Positions 45,243 through 56,128 of a DNA stretch of 64,000 bases are shown one piece after another. Positions within the stretch are counted from its first letter, which is position 1. Every line of letters begins with the position of its first letter. The stretch is from assembly GCA_030267125.1 (NCBI GenBank), contig JAJDJJ010000002.1, positions 29,934 to 93,933 of the forward strand, given 5' to 3'. Source of the stretch: Bacteroidales bacterium OttesenSCG-928-B11. GTDB taxonomy: Bacteria; Bacteroidota; Bacteroidia; Bacteroidales; WCHB1-69. The notes beneath the pieces are model-generated. The model made no database searches, had not been told where the DNA came from, and worked only from the letters and a program-made list of their open reading frames with translations. The translations under genes were made by a program, and so were the position numbers.

Positions 45243-48200
45243 CTAATTTTTTACTACTTTCCCCGAATAAACACTATTCCCGTCTCGAATCTGATAGAAG
45301 TAAATTCCGGAAGGAAGATTGGCATTCAATGATTTATTGATTACGACCGGAACATTCTCCGTACTGCTCACATCAAAACGATATAAACAAAGGCCAGTAA
45401 TTGAATAGATGGCGATATTTTGTTTATTTGTTTTCGGGAGATATTCAAAAACAAGATGTTGATTGAAAGGATTAGGATAAACTTTAACCTCTTTTTGTTG
45501 AGAGACCGGATCGTTTTCAATGCCTACCTTTGATGTGCAATAAAACCACACATCATCAATTAACATCGTATTTTGTCCATTTTTTATCTCAATTTTACAA
45601 ACTCCATCAAGAACGGAAATATCTTCAATGGTTATCTCTTGGTATGCGGCGGACGAGTTGACCGGATGATTGATAACAATCACATTTTCAGGATGATAAA
45701 TGGTGAAGATGAGTTCACCGCCGTCGCTTTGGATCTTTGCTTTAAAGGTGTAATTACCCGGTGTCAATTCCGTAACAGTTTGATATAATGATGAATTACT
45801 GCCCAATTCAAAAGCATGGTTGCCATCGGACGCCTCTTCGCTATAAATGCCATTGCCTTCGTATTGCCAACCGGACAATTTCTTCTCCACGGTCAATCCG
45901 GTGTGATCATCAATTTCGAAAGAGTGGTTCACAATCACATTTTCAGGGAGATCAGGCAAAAGCTGACTATCCATCCAAGCGGCGCGTTGTAATAAGAATG
46001 CCTTCAGATAATCCACCTCATCATTCCAGTTATTTCCTTGATAATAAAAATCATCGGCATATTTTCCGGAAATATCCAGTCGAAAATGATACGGTTGATC
46101 CGCAGCTAAGAGTTCTTGCTGTTTATCGATAACCGCACAAATATTCTCATCACTAAGTACTCCATTTCGCAATGTTTCCCACTGATTTCCCAGCAATGTT
46201 AAAAATGGTTCGTCAGCGACTAACCTCTTGATCCAAAAAGGCACCGTTTTTTCCGAATCAAGTCGATTGCTATTCCAAGCCCAACCTTCCGTCGCATAGC
46301 TTTCAAAAGTTTGACACTTCCCGGGAATAACAGGACACATATTAATAAATTGAAAACGAGACTGTTCCATCGTGTTGAAAAGCGTAATATTGGAATTATA
46401 GGCATCCGGGTTTCTAAATAACTCTTGCAATAAAATAAAGTTAGCAGCAGAAATCGTATCTATATAATTTCTGTATCCGGTTGCTTGAGCCGTAATATCC
46501 TGTGTCATCATATTCTCAAATTGCTGGATTCGGGTTTCAATATAGTCCTGTTGATTTTGGCTGATCTCTTGCGGATAGAAAATAGAGTAGTAGCTATAAT
46601 CATTTACAGTTTCATAGAAAAGATCCTGATTCTTCCAGTCCGATCGGAAACCGTCTCCTGTATCATCACCAATAGTCAAACCATAGGAAGCCGAGATCTC
46701 AAGCTCGGTTTCACCCGGAGGGTTCAGCGGCAATTGATCTGTCAATGGGATCGCTAATTGGTAGATCCCTTGATATATTTCGTTGATAACTAAATTGCAA
46801 TACGCTCCCGATAATGAATAACCGACAATTGATTGGGAAAGCAAGTCCGAGGTGACAGAATGCAGCAATGAAGGATCATCGAAAAGCGGCAGTAACACCC
46901 ATTCATTGTGAGTTGGGAGATTCAACAATGAAGTATTCAATAAATTCCCATCAGGATCTTTTGTTAAAATCTTGATTTTTTGAATCGTTTCTCCATCAGA
47001 AACAACAGAAAAACCGATATTTCCAATATAAGGAATAATATTTGGATTTGTTAGATTTTCGCTTTTTTTAAGATCGGCAAGGCGATTGGCAACATCATCG
47101 GAACGGTCAATAATAGCCATATCTGCATCGGCTTGGTTACCTGTCATTTTCTCGGGAATTGCAACAACAACAATGGGCAGTTTTGATTCCGGTAAATCAA
47201 CATCATTTTCCGGATGATAGGCATAGTTTTCATCTTTTTGTCGGAAAAGTGAGACACTATCGACATAAAGTCTTGTTGTTCCACCGGTTGTAAAATCAGC
47301 CTTAAAAGCAATTTCACATAAATTCTTATCTACTTCGATATCTTCAATTACAATTTCATAAAAACTTTCGCTTTGTTTTACCGATTGGGTTTTTTCCTCG
47401 CCGCTACTGTTATATTTACGGATTATGACACTCCCTTTTGGGTCGCCTACTGTACGCACCCAAGCTTTGAATGTATATTTTCCATTTTCTATTTTTGTGA
47501 CCGGCTGCCAAGCTTCCCCTCGGTTCCTGAATGAAAGCGAGTATCTTCCATTGAGTTTTACGGTGCTGGAGAGACCTGCATTGCTGTTGTTTGTTTTCCA
47601 GTTAGAGAGGAAAATATTGTTGTTGGATGGGCCGCGTGTGTGATCGGAATCGAAAGAGGCGTTAGCCACAAGATTTTCGGAAAATGGAATCAGTTGCCTG
47701 TCCATCCATTGCAATCTTTTATTGACCCAATCTTTCAAAAAGCTGATCTCATTAGCCCAGTTGTTACTTATGTAATAATTGGGCCACAATACGCTGCCCC
47801 AGCGGTTCCAAATTTGCGTGTTGCGAGCTTCCGCTTCTGTAAGCAACTGCACCAACGAATCGATCTTGGCGGTAACATTACTACTGTTTAGGTTCGTTTG
47901 CCGATAATAGAACCATCTTTCGCGCAATTCTTTCCGGAAAGTTTCGTCATTTAACAAATGGTGAAACCAAAAAGGCACTTTTTGCGGTTCGGAAAATTTA
48001 TTCAAATCCCACGCCCAACCCTCGGTTGACCAACCATCGCAATAGTCGGAATTTCCCAACGTGATATTGAAATCCCAAATCGACATCTTAAACCGCGGGT
48101 CGTGACTATCGCGATACTTATAAATGTTAGTACTCAACCGATAGCCATCCACATTATGGGAAATCTCTTGTGCCAAAATGTAATCAATAACCGACATGAC

Positions 48201-49112
48201 ATCAATTTGGGCACGATAGCCTTTAACCGGATCGGCAAAGCTATCACTTGCCATCACATTCTCGAAATGCTTCATCCTGTTGATTATATAATTTTGCTGC
48301 GCAGTCATCCCTTCATTATAATCATCAATATCAGGATAGGTATATTGAAAATAGTGACTGCCGGAAATAGGATTACCGTAAACATCAAGGTAGTTATGCT
48401 CGGATTGGAAAACCGGTTCGTCATTTCGGTCTATTTCAAGTATATAGCCACCGGTAAGGTTATCGCCTGAATTTCCCGGTTTGGGAATATTGATACGATT
48501 TTTGCCTCGCCTTACTCGGGCGGTCATAATATAAACACCTTGATACACACCATTTAAAACCACTTCGCAATATTTACCTGTAGGCACATACTCCAAATAA
48601 CCGCGGCAAAGGTCAAAAATAAGTACGTCGCGAATCATACTGCGGTCGCTGTATGGTGCGAGTAATGCCCAATCGCTGTCGGCTCCCATGCCTAAGATAT
48701 CGGCATCGACCTTGCCGCCACTCGCATTTTGTGTCTTTAGCCCAAATGGCTTTTTATCAGAAGAGTTATACGAAGAGTTCCCTCTGTATTTTATACCAAT
48801 TTTCCCTGCGTAATTAATGATGGAATCATTAGAATGATTGGCGGAAACCGTGTCTGTAATGCTATTTCGAGAACCGTCGGTGCGAGAGATGATGACCATG
48901 TCGGCATTGACCCGCCGGTCCTCGCTCTTATCCGCCATACGTTCATCCAAATTGATAACAACAATCGGTAAATTCGAAGAGGTAAAATTCAAACTAGTTT
49001 GAGGGTGGAAGGGATAAAGCGGATCATACACTCCCTGCGCGGTTGCGTTTCTTGCACTAAATAGAAAAAAAAAGATCAAGAAAACGGAAAAAGGGTAAGT
49101 AATTTTTCTCAT
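45243..49112 (-). CDS. T9SS-sorted secreted protein with two tandem CotH-kinase-like modules, each followed by a beta-sandwich (CBM-like) module
   Basis: Signal peptide. Module 1 is aa 45-473 (NLPIVVINLDE..., IKYRGNSSYNSSDKKPFGLK, SHNVDGYRLSTNIYKY, WDFN). Module 2 is aa 640-1051 (KLPIVVVAIPE...). The C-terminus VYPNPFNQHLVFEY...GIYFYQIRDGNSVYSGKVVKN is a Por_Secre_tail type CTD. Confidence 0.8.
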   Translation of the reverse strand: MRKITYPFSVFLIFFFLFSARNATAQGVYDPLYPFHPQTSLNFTSSNLPIVVINLDERMADKSEDRRVNADMVIISRTDGSRNSITDTVSANHSNDSIINYAGKIGIKYRGNSSYNSSDKKPFGLKTQNASGGKVDADILGMGADSDWALLAPYSDRSMIRDVLIFDLCRGYLEYVPTGKYCEVVLNGVYQGVYIMTARVRRGKNRINIPKPGNSGDNLTGGYILEIDRNDEPVFQSEHNYLDVYGNPISGSHYFQYTYPDIDDYNEGMTAQQNYIINRMKHFENVMASDSFADPVKGYRAQIDVMSVIDYILAQEISHNVDGYRLSTNIYKYRDSHDPRFKMSIWDFNITLGNSDYCDGWSTEGWAWDLNKFSEPQKVPFWFHHLLNDETFRKELRERWFYYRQTNLNSSNVTAKIDSLVQLLTEAEARNTQIWNRWGSVLWPNYYISNNWANEISFLKDWVNKRLQWMDRQLIPFSENLVANASFDSDHTRGPSNNNIFLSNWKTNNSNAGLSSTVKLNGRYSLSFRNRGEAWQPVTKIENGKYTFKAWVRTVGDPKGSVIIRKYNSSGEEKTQSVKQSESFYEIVIEDIEVDKNLCEIAFKADFTTGGTTRLYVDSVSLFRQKDENYAYHPENDVDLPESKLPIVVVAIPEKMTGNQADADMAIIDRSDDVANRLADLKKSENLTNPNIIPYIGNIGFSVVSDGETIQKIKILTKDPDGNLLNTSLLNLPTHNEWVLLPLFDDPSLLHSVTSDLLSQSIVGYSLSGAYCNLVINEIYQGIYQLAIPLTDQLPLNPPGETELEISASYGLTIGDDTGDGFRSDWKNQDLFYETVNDYSYYSIFYPQEISQNQQDYIETRIQQFENMMTQDITAQATGYRNYIDTISAANFILLQELFRNPDAYNSNITLFNTMEQSRFQFINMCPVIPGKCQTFESYATEGWAWNSNRLDSEKTVPFWIKRLVADEPFLTLLGNQWETLRNGVLSDENICAVIDKQQELLAADQPYHFRLDISGKYADDFYYQGNNWNDEVDYLKAFLLQRAAWMDSQLLPDLPENVIVNHSFEIDDHTGLTVEKKLSGWQYEGNGIYSEEASDGNHAFELGSNSSLYQTVTELTPGNYTFKAKIQSDGGELIFTIYHPENVIVINHPVNSSAAYQEITIEDISVLDGVCKIEIKNGQNTMLIDDVWFYCTSKVGIENDPVSQQKEVKVYPNPFNQHLVFEYLPKTNKQNIAIYSITGLCLYRFDVSSTENVPVVINKSLNANLPSGIYFYQIRDGNSVYSGKVVKN

Positions 49113-49213
49113 AAGACTGTTTTTTGTTCATGAATAATTGCGGCGGTAAATATAAGTAAAATACTGGTAGGTTTTTTTTGCGGATATACGGGATCTATTA
49201 AGTGAAAAAGTAG

Positions 49214-49221
49214 TATTTTTG
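49214..49221 (+). promoter_or_regulatory. -7 promoter box (TATTTTTG)
   Basis: Perfect TAnnTTTG 30 nt upstream of the recA ATG at 49252. Confidence 0.5.
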
Positions 49222-49251
49222 TGCTATTATTTATCCCTAAAAAAACTACTG

Positions 49252-50256
49252 ATGCAAAATGAAAAAATGAATCCAGAAAAGCTAAAAGTGCTCAATTCAA
49301 CTCTTGAAAAATTAGAAAAAACTTTCGGTAAAGGAGCCATTATGAAATTGGGAGACGCTCCTGTTGAAAACATCGAAGTAATCTCGACCGGTTCGTTGGG
49401 ATTGGATTTGGCGTTGGGTGTGAACGGACTTCCCAAAGGCCGGGTCATTGAGATTTTCGGACCCGAATCATCCGGTAAAACCACATTGGCGATACATGCT
49501 ATCGCTGAGGCGCAAAAAGCCGGCGGTATCGCGGCGTTTATAGATGCCGAACACGCTTTCGACCGCTTCTATGCTGAAAAATTGGGGGTCAACACCGCCG
49601 ACCTTTTGGTATCACAACCCGATAACGGCGAACAAGCCTTAGAGATTGCCGACAACTTGATCCGCTCTGGCGCCATTGACATTATCGTGATCGACTCCGT
49701 GGCAGCTCTTACGCCAAAAAGTGAAATCGAAGGCGATATGGGCGATTCCAAAATGGGACTGCAAGCCCGTTTGATGTCACAAGCATTGCGCAAACTTACT
49801 GCAACGATTAGCAAAACAGGATGTTGTTGTATTTTTATCAACCAGTTACGTGAGAAAATCGGTGTCATGTTCGGAAATCCGGAAACCACAACCGGTGGTA
49901 ATGCGCTCAAATTCTATGCTACCGTGCGATTGGATATCCGCCGCGTGTCACAACTTAAAGATGGAGATCTCGCTTCCGGTAACCGCGTGAGAGTAAAGGT
50001 GATCAAGAACAAAGTAGCTCCGCCATTCCGTCAAGCCGAATTTGATATCATCTTCGGAGAAGGAATCTCCAAAGTGGGTGAAATCGTGGATCTTGGCGTG
50101 GAACATAATGTCGTGAAAAAAGCCGGTTCCTGGTTTTCCTACGGGGAAACAAAACTCGGACAAGGTCGCGACGCAGTGAAACAGTTGCTCCTTGACAATC
50201 CGGAATTAGCAGAAGAAATTGAAACAAAGATATTTGAAGCTATTAAAAAAGATTAA
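49252..50256 (+). CDS. recA: recombinase RecA
   Basis: [11 protein letters not shown], Walker [12 protein letters not shown], and [10 protein letters not shown] and [28 protein letters not shown]. Confidence 0.97.
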   Translation: MQNEKMNPEKLKVLNSTLEKLEKTFGKGAIMKLGDAPVENIEVISTGSLGLDLALGVNGLPKGRVIEIFGPESSGKTTLAIHAIAEAQKAGGIAAFIDAEHAFDRFYAEKLGVNTADLLVSQPDNGEQALEIADNLIRSGAIDIIVIDSVAALTPKSEIEGDMGDSKMGLQARLMSQALRKLTATISKTGCCCIFINQLREKIGVMFGNPETTTGGNALKFYATVRLDIRRVSQLKDGDLASGNRVRVKVIKNKVAPPFRQAEFDIIFGEGISKVGEIVDLGVEHNVVKKAGSWFSYGETKLGQGRDAVKQLLLDNPELAEEIETKIFEAIKKD

Positions 50257-50259
50257 TAC

Positions 50260-51267
50260 ATGATTCTTAAAAAATCAAAGATCCTACTTTTCCTTTGCTG
50301 CCTGTCTTTTTTGTTTGTTTGTTGTGATCGTAATAAATCTTCACAACAAATTCCGAAGGAATTGGCAGAATTAAACAAAAGAATAGAAAAGAATCCGAAA
50401 GATGATGAAGCACTTTATCAACGGGCAATCTATTTTTATTATCAAGGGAAAATGGTCGAAGCCCAAGAAGATATTCTTCAAGCGATCAAACTTAACCCAC
50501 TAAGTTCAACTTATCAAGTGCTTCTGTCTGATGTTTATTTCAGTCAGAAAGAGACTGACCGGACAGAGGAGGCATTGCAAAAAGCGATCGTCTTGGATCC
50601 TGATAATAATGAAGCCCGTCTGAAGCTAGCCGAACTTTATTTCCATTTGCGCATGTACGAAGAGTGCGATGTAATAATTAAAGAAGCCGTTGAAAAACAG
50701 CCTCATAATCCGAAGGCACATCTCATCAGGGCTTTCAGCTTGAAAGAACGTGGTGATACTACCGGCTATCTCCGTATGTTGCAACTTACGGTAGACCAAG
50801 ATCCTAAAGAGGTCAAAGCGTTTTTAGAACTGGGTTATTTCTACCAACAAAAGCTAGATCCTATTGCCATCAATTACTATAACAATGCGTTAATGGTTGA
50901 TCCCAATAATGTTGAAATTAACTATAATTTGGCTGTATTATACACAGATTTGGGCTCTTATGAAAAAGCAATCGATCACTACAATATTATTTTACAGATC
51001 AATCCAAACCATAAATTCGCCTTAAATAATCTGGGATATGTGATGCTGGAATATGAAGAGAAATATGATGATGCAGTAGCTTATTTTACGAAAGTACTTG
51101 AACTGGACTCACTTTTTTCTCCTGCTATTTGCAACCGCGGCCTTGCCTTTATGCAACTGCAACAATATGATAATGCCCGTCAGGATTTCCTTTATTGCCG
51201 TTCCATTGACCCGCAAAATGAGATAGCTGTCGAGGGGTTGAATGATTTGGATCAAATGACACAATAG
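50260..51267 (+). CDS. tetratricopeptide repeat lipoprotein
   Basis: Lipobox-like LSFLFVCC. Multiple TPR units ([30 protein letters not shown] and others). Confidence 0.8.
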   Translation: MILKKSKILLFLCCLSFLFVCCDRNKSSQQIPKELAELNKRIEKNPKDDEALYQRAIYFYYQGKMVEAQEDILQAIKLNPLSSTYQVLLSDVYFSQKETDRTEEALQKAIVLDPDNNEARLKLAELYFHLRMYEECDVIIKEAVEKQPHNPKAHLIRAFSLKERGDTTGYLRMLQLTVDQDPKEVKAFLELGYFYQQKLDPIAINYYNNALMVDPNNVEINYNLAVLYTDLGSYEKAIDHYNIILQINPNHKFALNNLGYVMLEYEEKYDDAVAYFTKVLELDSLFSPAICNRGLAFMQLQQYDNARQDFLYCRSIDPQNEIAVEGLNDLDQMTQ

Positions 51268-51272
51268 TTAAG

Positions 51273-52295
51273 ATGAATGAACATCTAGATCCTTCCAAGA
51301 AAAAACTTTCTGCTTCGGAGAAAGAGTTTGAGCAGGCGATCCGTCCCGGCGATTTCACCAACTTTTTCGGCCAAGAACAGGTGATCGAAAATATCCTCGT
51401 TTTTGTCCAAGCTGCCCGCGGGCGGAAAGAAGCACTGGATCACGTATTGTTGCATGGCCCTCCGGGGTTAGGAAAAACCACGCTTTCCCACATCATCGCT
51501 AATGAAATGGGTGTCAGTGTGAAAGTGACCTCTGGCCCTGTTATTGACAAGCCCGGCGAGCTGGCAGGATTACTTACCAATTTGGAACCTAATGATGTTC
51601 TTTTTATCGATGAAATTCACCGGCTTTCACCTGTTGTGGAAGAGTACCTGTATTCGGCGATGGAAGATTACAAGATTGACATCATGATTGATACGGGACC
51701 AAATGCGCGGAGTGTTCAAATTTCGCTAAATCCGTTCACACTAGTGGGGGCAACCACACGGTCGGGATTACTCACAGCACCGCTTCGATCTCGGTTTGGA
51801 ATCAACTTGCGACTACAATACTATGATGCTCAAACGCTTTCCCGTATCATCAAAAGGGCTGCCGGCATCCTGAAAATTGAAATCCACCCGGATGCCGCAA
51901 TCGAGATCGCGCGTCGTAGCCGAGGAACACCGCGTATTGCCAACTTGTTGTTGCGCCGTGTCCGTGATTTCGCCCAGATCAAAGGAAATGGTGTCATCAC
52001 TTTCGATATCACGCAAGTCGCTTTAGCCGCACTCAATGTCGATCAAAATGGATTGGATGAGATGGACAACCGGATTTTAAGTACCATCATCGATAAATTC
52101 AAAGGCGGGCCGGTCGGACTAACGACTATTGCCACAGCCGTAGGCGAAGATTCGGGAACAATTGAAGAAGTATATGAACCTTTTTTGATCCAAGAAGGTT
52201 ACATTGTAAGAACTCCCCGCGGAAGGGAAGTGACTGATGCCGCTTACAGGCACCTCGGAAAATTTAAAAACCCCGGACAGCCTCAGCTTTTTTAA
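51273..52295 (+). CDS. ruvB: Holliday junction branch migration helicase RuvB
   Basis: [22 protein letters not shown], the sensor and RuvB-C regions, and RTPRGR. Confidence 0.97.
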   Translation: MNEHLDPSKKKLSASEKEFEQAIRPGDFTNFFGQEQVIENILVFVQAARGRKEALDHVLLHGPPGLGKTTLSHIIANEMGVSVKVTSGPVIDKPGELAGLLTNLEPNDVLFIDEIHRLSPVVEEYLYSAMEDYKIDIMIDTGPNARSVQISLNPFTLVGATTRSGLLTAPLRSRFGINLRLQYYDAQTLSRIIKRAAGILKIEIHPDAAIEIARRSRGTPRIANLLLRRVRDFAQIKGNGVITFDITQVALAALNVDQNGLDEMDNRILSTIIDKFKGGPVGLTTIATAVGEDSGTIEEVYEPFLIQEGYIVRTPRGREVTDAAYRHLGKFKNPGQPQLF

Positions 52296-52315
52296 CCCTA
52301 ATAAAAAACAAACGT

Positions 52316-53005
52316 ATGAAGAAGACTTTATTAATTGTATGTCTCATTTTATCCTCTATCTCTTTACTGGCACAGGATGGGAAGAGAGTAAATATCGGTC
52401 TTTCAATCGGTCCGTCTATTGATTGGATTTCACCTAAAACAGACAACTATGAGCGAGATGGAATCGGCATAGGACTTAGATATGGAGTCCCTGTCGACAT
52501 TAATTTCACACACGGAAGCAACTACTATTTCTCAACCGGTATAAAATTTGAACATATCGGTGGAAAAATGAATTTCCCTTTCATTTATAATGAAAAAGAG
52601 GTGGCATTGAACAGGAAATATACAGCCATGTTTCTATCTATTCCTACCGGTATAAAATTGAAAACCCCGACTTTCGGAAGTATGGTTTTTGCTGGAAATT
52701 TCGGATTCCTACACGGTCTCAAATTAAATGGGAAATTTATTGATACCTGGGTTGATGAAAACGGAAATAATGTAATGCAAAATAAAAAAGAAGAATATGA
52801 AAATTGTGCCTTCTTCAAAGAATCAATATATGTCGGATTGGGTGCGGAATATATTATTCAAGAAGACTTCAGAGCAAGTTTCTATATTAATTATGCTTAT
52901 ACAATCACGAATTTTTTTAATAAAAAGGCTATAAATCCCACTACCAATTTACGCGAAAAAGGAAATCCCGGCGCTGTGGAATTTGTTTTCGGCATTCATT
53001 TTTAA
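52316..53005 (+). CDS. outer membrane beta-barrel (porin family) protein
   Basis: Signal peptide, alternating beta-strand pattern and a terminal aromatic residue (FGIHF). Confidence 0.65.
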   Translation: MKKTLLIVCLILSSISLLAQDGKRVNIGLSIGPSIDWISPKTDNYERDGIGIGLRYGVPVDINFTHGSNYYFSTGIKFEHIGGKMNFPFIYNEKEVALNRKYTAMFLSIPTGIKLKTPTFGSMVFAGNFGFLHGLKLNGKFIDTWVDENGNNVMQNKKEEYENCAFFKESIYVGLGAEYIIQEDFRASFYINYAYTITNFFNKKAINPTTNLREKGNPGAVEFVFGIHF

Positions 53006-53010
53006 AATGT

Positions 53011-53622
53011 ATGAAATTTATTTGTATCGGACGTAATTATGCGGATCATATCCATGAATTGGGGCATCAGAAACCGGAAAAACCGCTTTTCTTTCTGAAA
53101 CCCGACTCGGCTGTTTTGCAACGGAACCGTCCTTTCTTTTATCCCGATTTCTCTAAAGATTTACACTATGAAGTGGAATTATTGGTGAAAATTAACAAAT
53201 TGGGGAAATGTATCCAGCCGAAGTTTGCCCACACGTATTATCAAGAGATCGGATTGGGTATTGACTTTACAGCCAGAGATATACAAAAAGAATGCATCGA
53301 AAAAGGATTGCCGTGGGAAATGGCAAAAGCTTTTGATAATTCCGCCGTTTTGGGTAAATTCTTCGACAAATCTTATTTTCCGGATTTGAACAATATCAAT
53401 TTTTCTCTCTTTAAGAATGAAGAAAAAGTCCAAGAAGGAAATAGTGGCAATATGATTTTCCATATCGACTATATTATCAGTTATGTATCACAATTTATGA
53501 CATTGAAAATTGGCGATATTATCTTTACTGGCACACCAGAAGGAGTAGGACCAGTGCATATCAATGATCGGCTTGAGGGTTTTATTGAAAATGAAAAAGT
53601 TATCGATTTTCGTATAAAATAA
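53011..53622 (+). CDS. fumarylacetoacetate hydrolase (FAH) family protein
   Basis: KFICIGRNYADHIHELG, YEVELLVKI, DFTARD and GDIIFTGTPEGVG. Confidence 0.88.
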   Translation: MKFICIGRNYADHIHELGHQKPEKPLFFLKPDSAVLQRNRPFFYPDFSKDLHYEVELLVKINKLGKCIQPKFAHTYYQEIGLGIDFTARDIQKECIEKGLPWEMAKAFDNSAVLGKFFDKSYFPDLNNINFSLFKNEEKVQEGNSGNMIFHIDYIISYVSQFMTLKIGDIIFTGTPEGVGPVHINDRLEGFIENEKVIDFRIK

Positions 53623-53639
53623 TTAAAATTCAATGTGTT

Positions 53640-54863
53640 ATGAATACTAAACTCAGGCTCATCATCATGAATTTTCTCCAATACGCCATTTGGGGTGCTT
53701 GGCTCATTTCATTAGGCAGTTATTTGGGTGGGATTTTGCATTTTTCAGGAAGCCAAATCGGGAGTTTTTTTGCCACAATGGGAATTGCTTCGCTTTTCAT
53801 GCCGGGATTGATGGGAATCATTGCGGATCGTTGGATTCCGGCTCAAAAACTATTGGGTATTTGCCACATTATTGCGGCAGCATTTATGTTTATCGCCGCA
53901 CAGCAAACCGGATATGGCGCTCTTTATCCCCTTGTCCTGTTGAGTGTGATGTTCTTTATGCCAACAATTGCACTTTCTAACTCTGTGGCATACAACGCTC
54001 TCGATCGTGCCGGTCTTGATTCGGTAAAACACTTTCCTCCCATCCGCGTTTGGGGTACGGTAGGTTTTATTGTCTCCATGATCGCGGTGAGTTTGCTCGG
54101 ATGGGAACAATCACCAATGCAACTCTATCTTTCGGGAACTCTTGGTATTTTTCTTGGATTATACTCTTTTACCTTACCTGCCAGTCCGATAAATAAAAAT
54201 GCGGAGAAAAGTTCTTTGGTTGACAAACTCGGCCTACGCGCTTTTACGCTTTTCAAAGATCACAAAATGGCGGTTTTCTTCATCTTCTCTATGTTGCTCG
54301 GGATGATGTTGCAAGTTACCAATGCCTTTGCTAACCCTTACATCAAATCTTTTGGAGAACTGCCTCAATATGCGAACACATTCGGAGTTAAATACACCAA
54401 CATTCTCATTTCACTTTCGCAAATTTCAGAAGCAGTATGCATCTTGTTAATTCCTTTCTTTTTGAAAAAGTTCGGTATCAAGAAGGTTATGCTGATATCC
54501 ATGTTTGCGTGGGTACTGCGTTTCGGTCTGTTGGGAGCAGGAAACCCCGGTCCCGGCTTGTGGATGTTTATCCTTTCAATGTTGGTTTACGGCGTGGCTT
54601 TTGACTTTTTCAACATCTCGGGATCACTCTTCGTGGATCAGGAAACCGATGCCAAGATACGGTCAAGTGCGCAAGGTGTCTTCATGATGATGACCAACGG
54701 TTTTGGAGCATTTTTCGGTTCCTATGCCGCCGGCTACATAATTAACACTTTTGGTAATACACCTACTTCCTGGTACATTTTCGCCGGTTTTGCACTTATT
54801 GTGGCCATTTTGTTTGCGATTTTATTCAAATATAAATACGTGCCGGAGAAAATGAAAAGTTAG
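53640..54863 (+). CDS. MFS nucleoside:H+ symporter (NupG/XapB family)
   Basis: MNTKLRLIIMNFLQYAIWGAWLISLGSYL..., IADRWIPAQKLL, and 12 predicted TMs. Confidence 0.8.
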   Translation: MNTKLRLIIMNFLQYAIWGAWLISLGSYLGGILHFSGSQIGSFFATMGIASLFMPGLMGIIADRWIPAQKLLGICHIIAAAFMFIAAQQTGYGALYPLVLLSVMFFMPTIALSNSVAYNALDRAGLDSVKHFPPIRVWGTVGFIVSMIAVSLLGWEQSPMQLYLSGTLGIFLGLYSFTLPASPINKNAEKSSLVDKLGLRAFTLFKDHKMAVFFIFSMLLGMMLQVTNAFANPYIKSFGELPQYANTFGVKYTNILISLSQISEAVCILLIPFFLKKFGIKKVMLISMFAWVLRFGLLGAGNPGPGLWMFILSMLVYGVAFDFFNISGSLFVDQETDAKIRSSAQGVFMMMTNGFGAFFGSYAAGYIINTFGNTPTSWYIFAGFALIVAILFAILFKYKYVPEKMKS

Positions 54864-54870
54864 GGGTCTC

Positions 54871-55713
54871 TTATTTTGCCTCATATTTGGTAATAGCTTC
54901 CTTCATTTTCGTCTTCCCTGTCCGTGATATTTTTTCGGCTTTATCATAGTCAAACCCGCCATACCGGTTCATCGGAATGTCGACAATAATATCCGGAGGA
55001 GTCAATTGTATTGATAAAGCAGCATTTTGTTGAATCATCAATGAGATTGTTTTTGTGATGAGCGTATAAAAATTATCATCAACCTCCGTGTTTTTTGATA
55101 TCTGTTTATTTATTACCGGCAATTTTATTCCCTTCTGTTTTGCTCTCAACTCATCCAAAAAATAGTCGCTATGTCCACTCACATTTACGGCGACCAACAG
55201 ATCGCCATCCGTTCTTTTTATGCGATTAAGTGGAAGAGGATTTATTAATCCACCATCAACAAGAACCATATTATCTAATTTCAAGGGTTTAAATAGTGAA
55301 GGTACAGAAATGGATGCCCTGATTGCGTCATACAGACTTCCTTCATTATATATGACTTCTTTGCTGTTTTTTAGATCAGAAGCGATAGCGCAAAACGGAA
55401 TTTGCAAATCCTCGATATTAGCTTCCGGAACAACCTCTTTCAGTGCCTCTACAATCTTATTTCCCTTGACGATGTGATTCAAACTTATCGAAACATCCAA
55501 AAGCGAAAAGATTCTTTTTTTATCCAAAGAGAACATCCAGTTTTTCACGTCTTGTAATTTTCCTGTTGCGTACATCCCTCCAATTAAAGCCCCCATTGAA
55601 GTTCCCGCGATAGACGTTATTTCATATCCCCGTTCTTCTAATGCTTCAATAGCTCCAATATGGGCAAAACCTCTTGCTCCTCCGCTTGATAATACTAAAG
55701 CTACTTTTTTCAT
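54871..55713 (-). CDS. patatin-like phospholipase
   Basis: Oxyanion GGARG, nucleophile GTSMG and catalytic Asp context VDGG. Confidence 0.92.
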   Translation of the reverse strand: MKKVALVLSSGGARGFAHIGAIEALEERGYEITSIAGTSMGALIGGMYATGKLQDVKNWMFSLDKKRIFSLLDVSISLNHIVKGNKIVEALKEVVPEANIEDLQIPFCAIASDLKNSKEVIYNEGSLYDAIRASISVPSLFKPLKLDNMVLVDGGLINPLPLNRIKRTDGDLLVAVNVSGHSDYFLDELRAKQKGIKLPVINKQISKNTEVDDNFYTLITKTISLMIQQNAALSIQLTPPDIIVDIPMNRYGGFDYDKAEKISRTGKTKMKEAITKYEAK

Positions 55714-56128
55714 GTTTTCCTATTTAACTTAAAAAACGTAACAATGGAACTGTTTCATTGTTTTATGGTTTTGTTTTTTCGGTTAAACCTTTTTTGAATG
55801 CTATTTTTGTAAATCAAAATCCCACTGGGCATGATTTATCCGATAATACTTCATTATAAAGTAGTGCAATAATACCGCATGAATTTATTAGTAGAACGCA
55901 AGGTTGTAATAGAAAAATAGTTTCGTAATGAATTACCTGAAATTTGTCGTATACAACATTTTCAGAGTAACTCAAAAAAAGAATTAACCGATATTTTGGA
56001 CATTTCTTCCCCACAAATAATTACCTCTTTCATCGTTTATCATCGTTTTTAGGGATTGTTGCATTTTATAAATCACCGTTATTTTGCATCGTCAAAATAA
56101 AAAAAACTATAAAATAAAAAAAGAAACT

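Noticed and set aside
55842-55857. Fur-box-like sequence GATAATACTTCATTAT upstream of the hmu locus
   Set aside because: Only an ATAAT-N5-ATTAT inverted repeat is present, with spacing different from the 19-bp Fur consensus. It is about 270 nt from the hmuY ATG in a very AT-rich region, so a chance match is likely.
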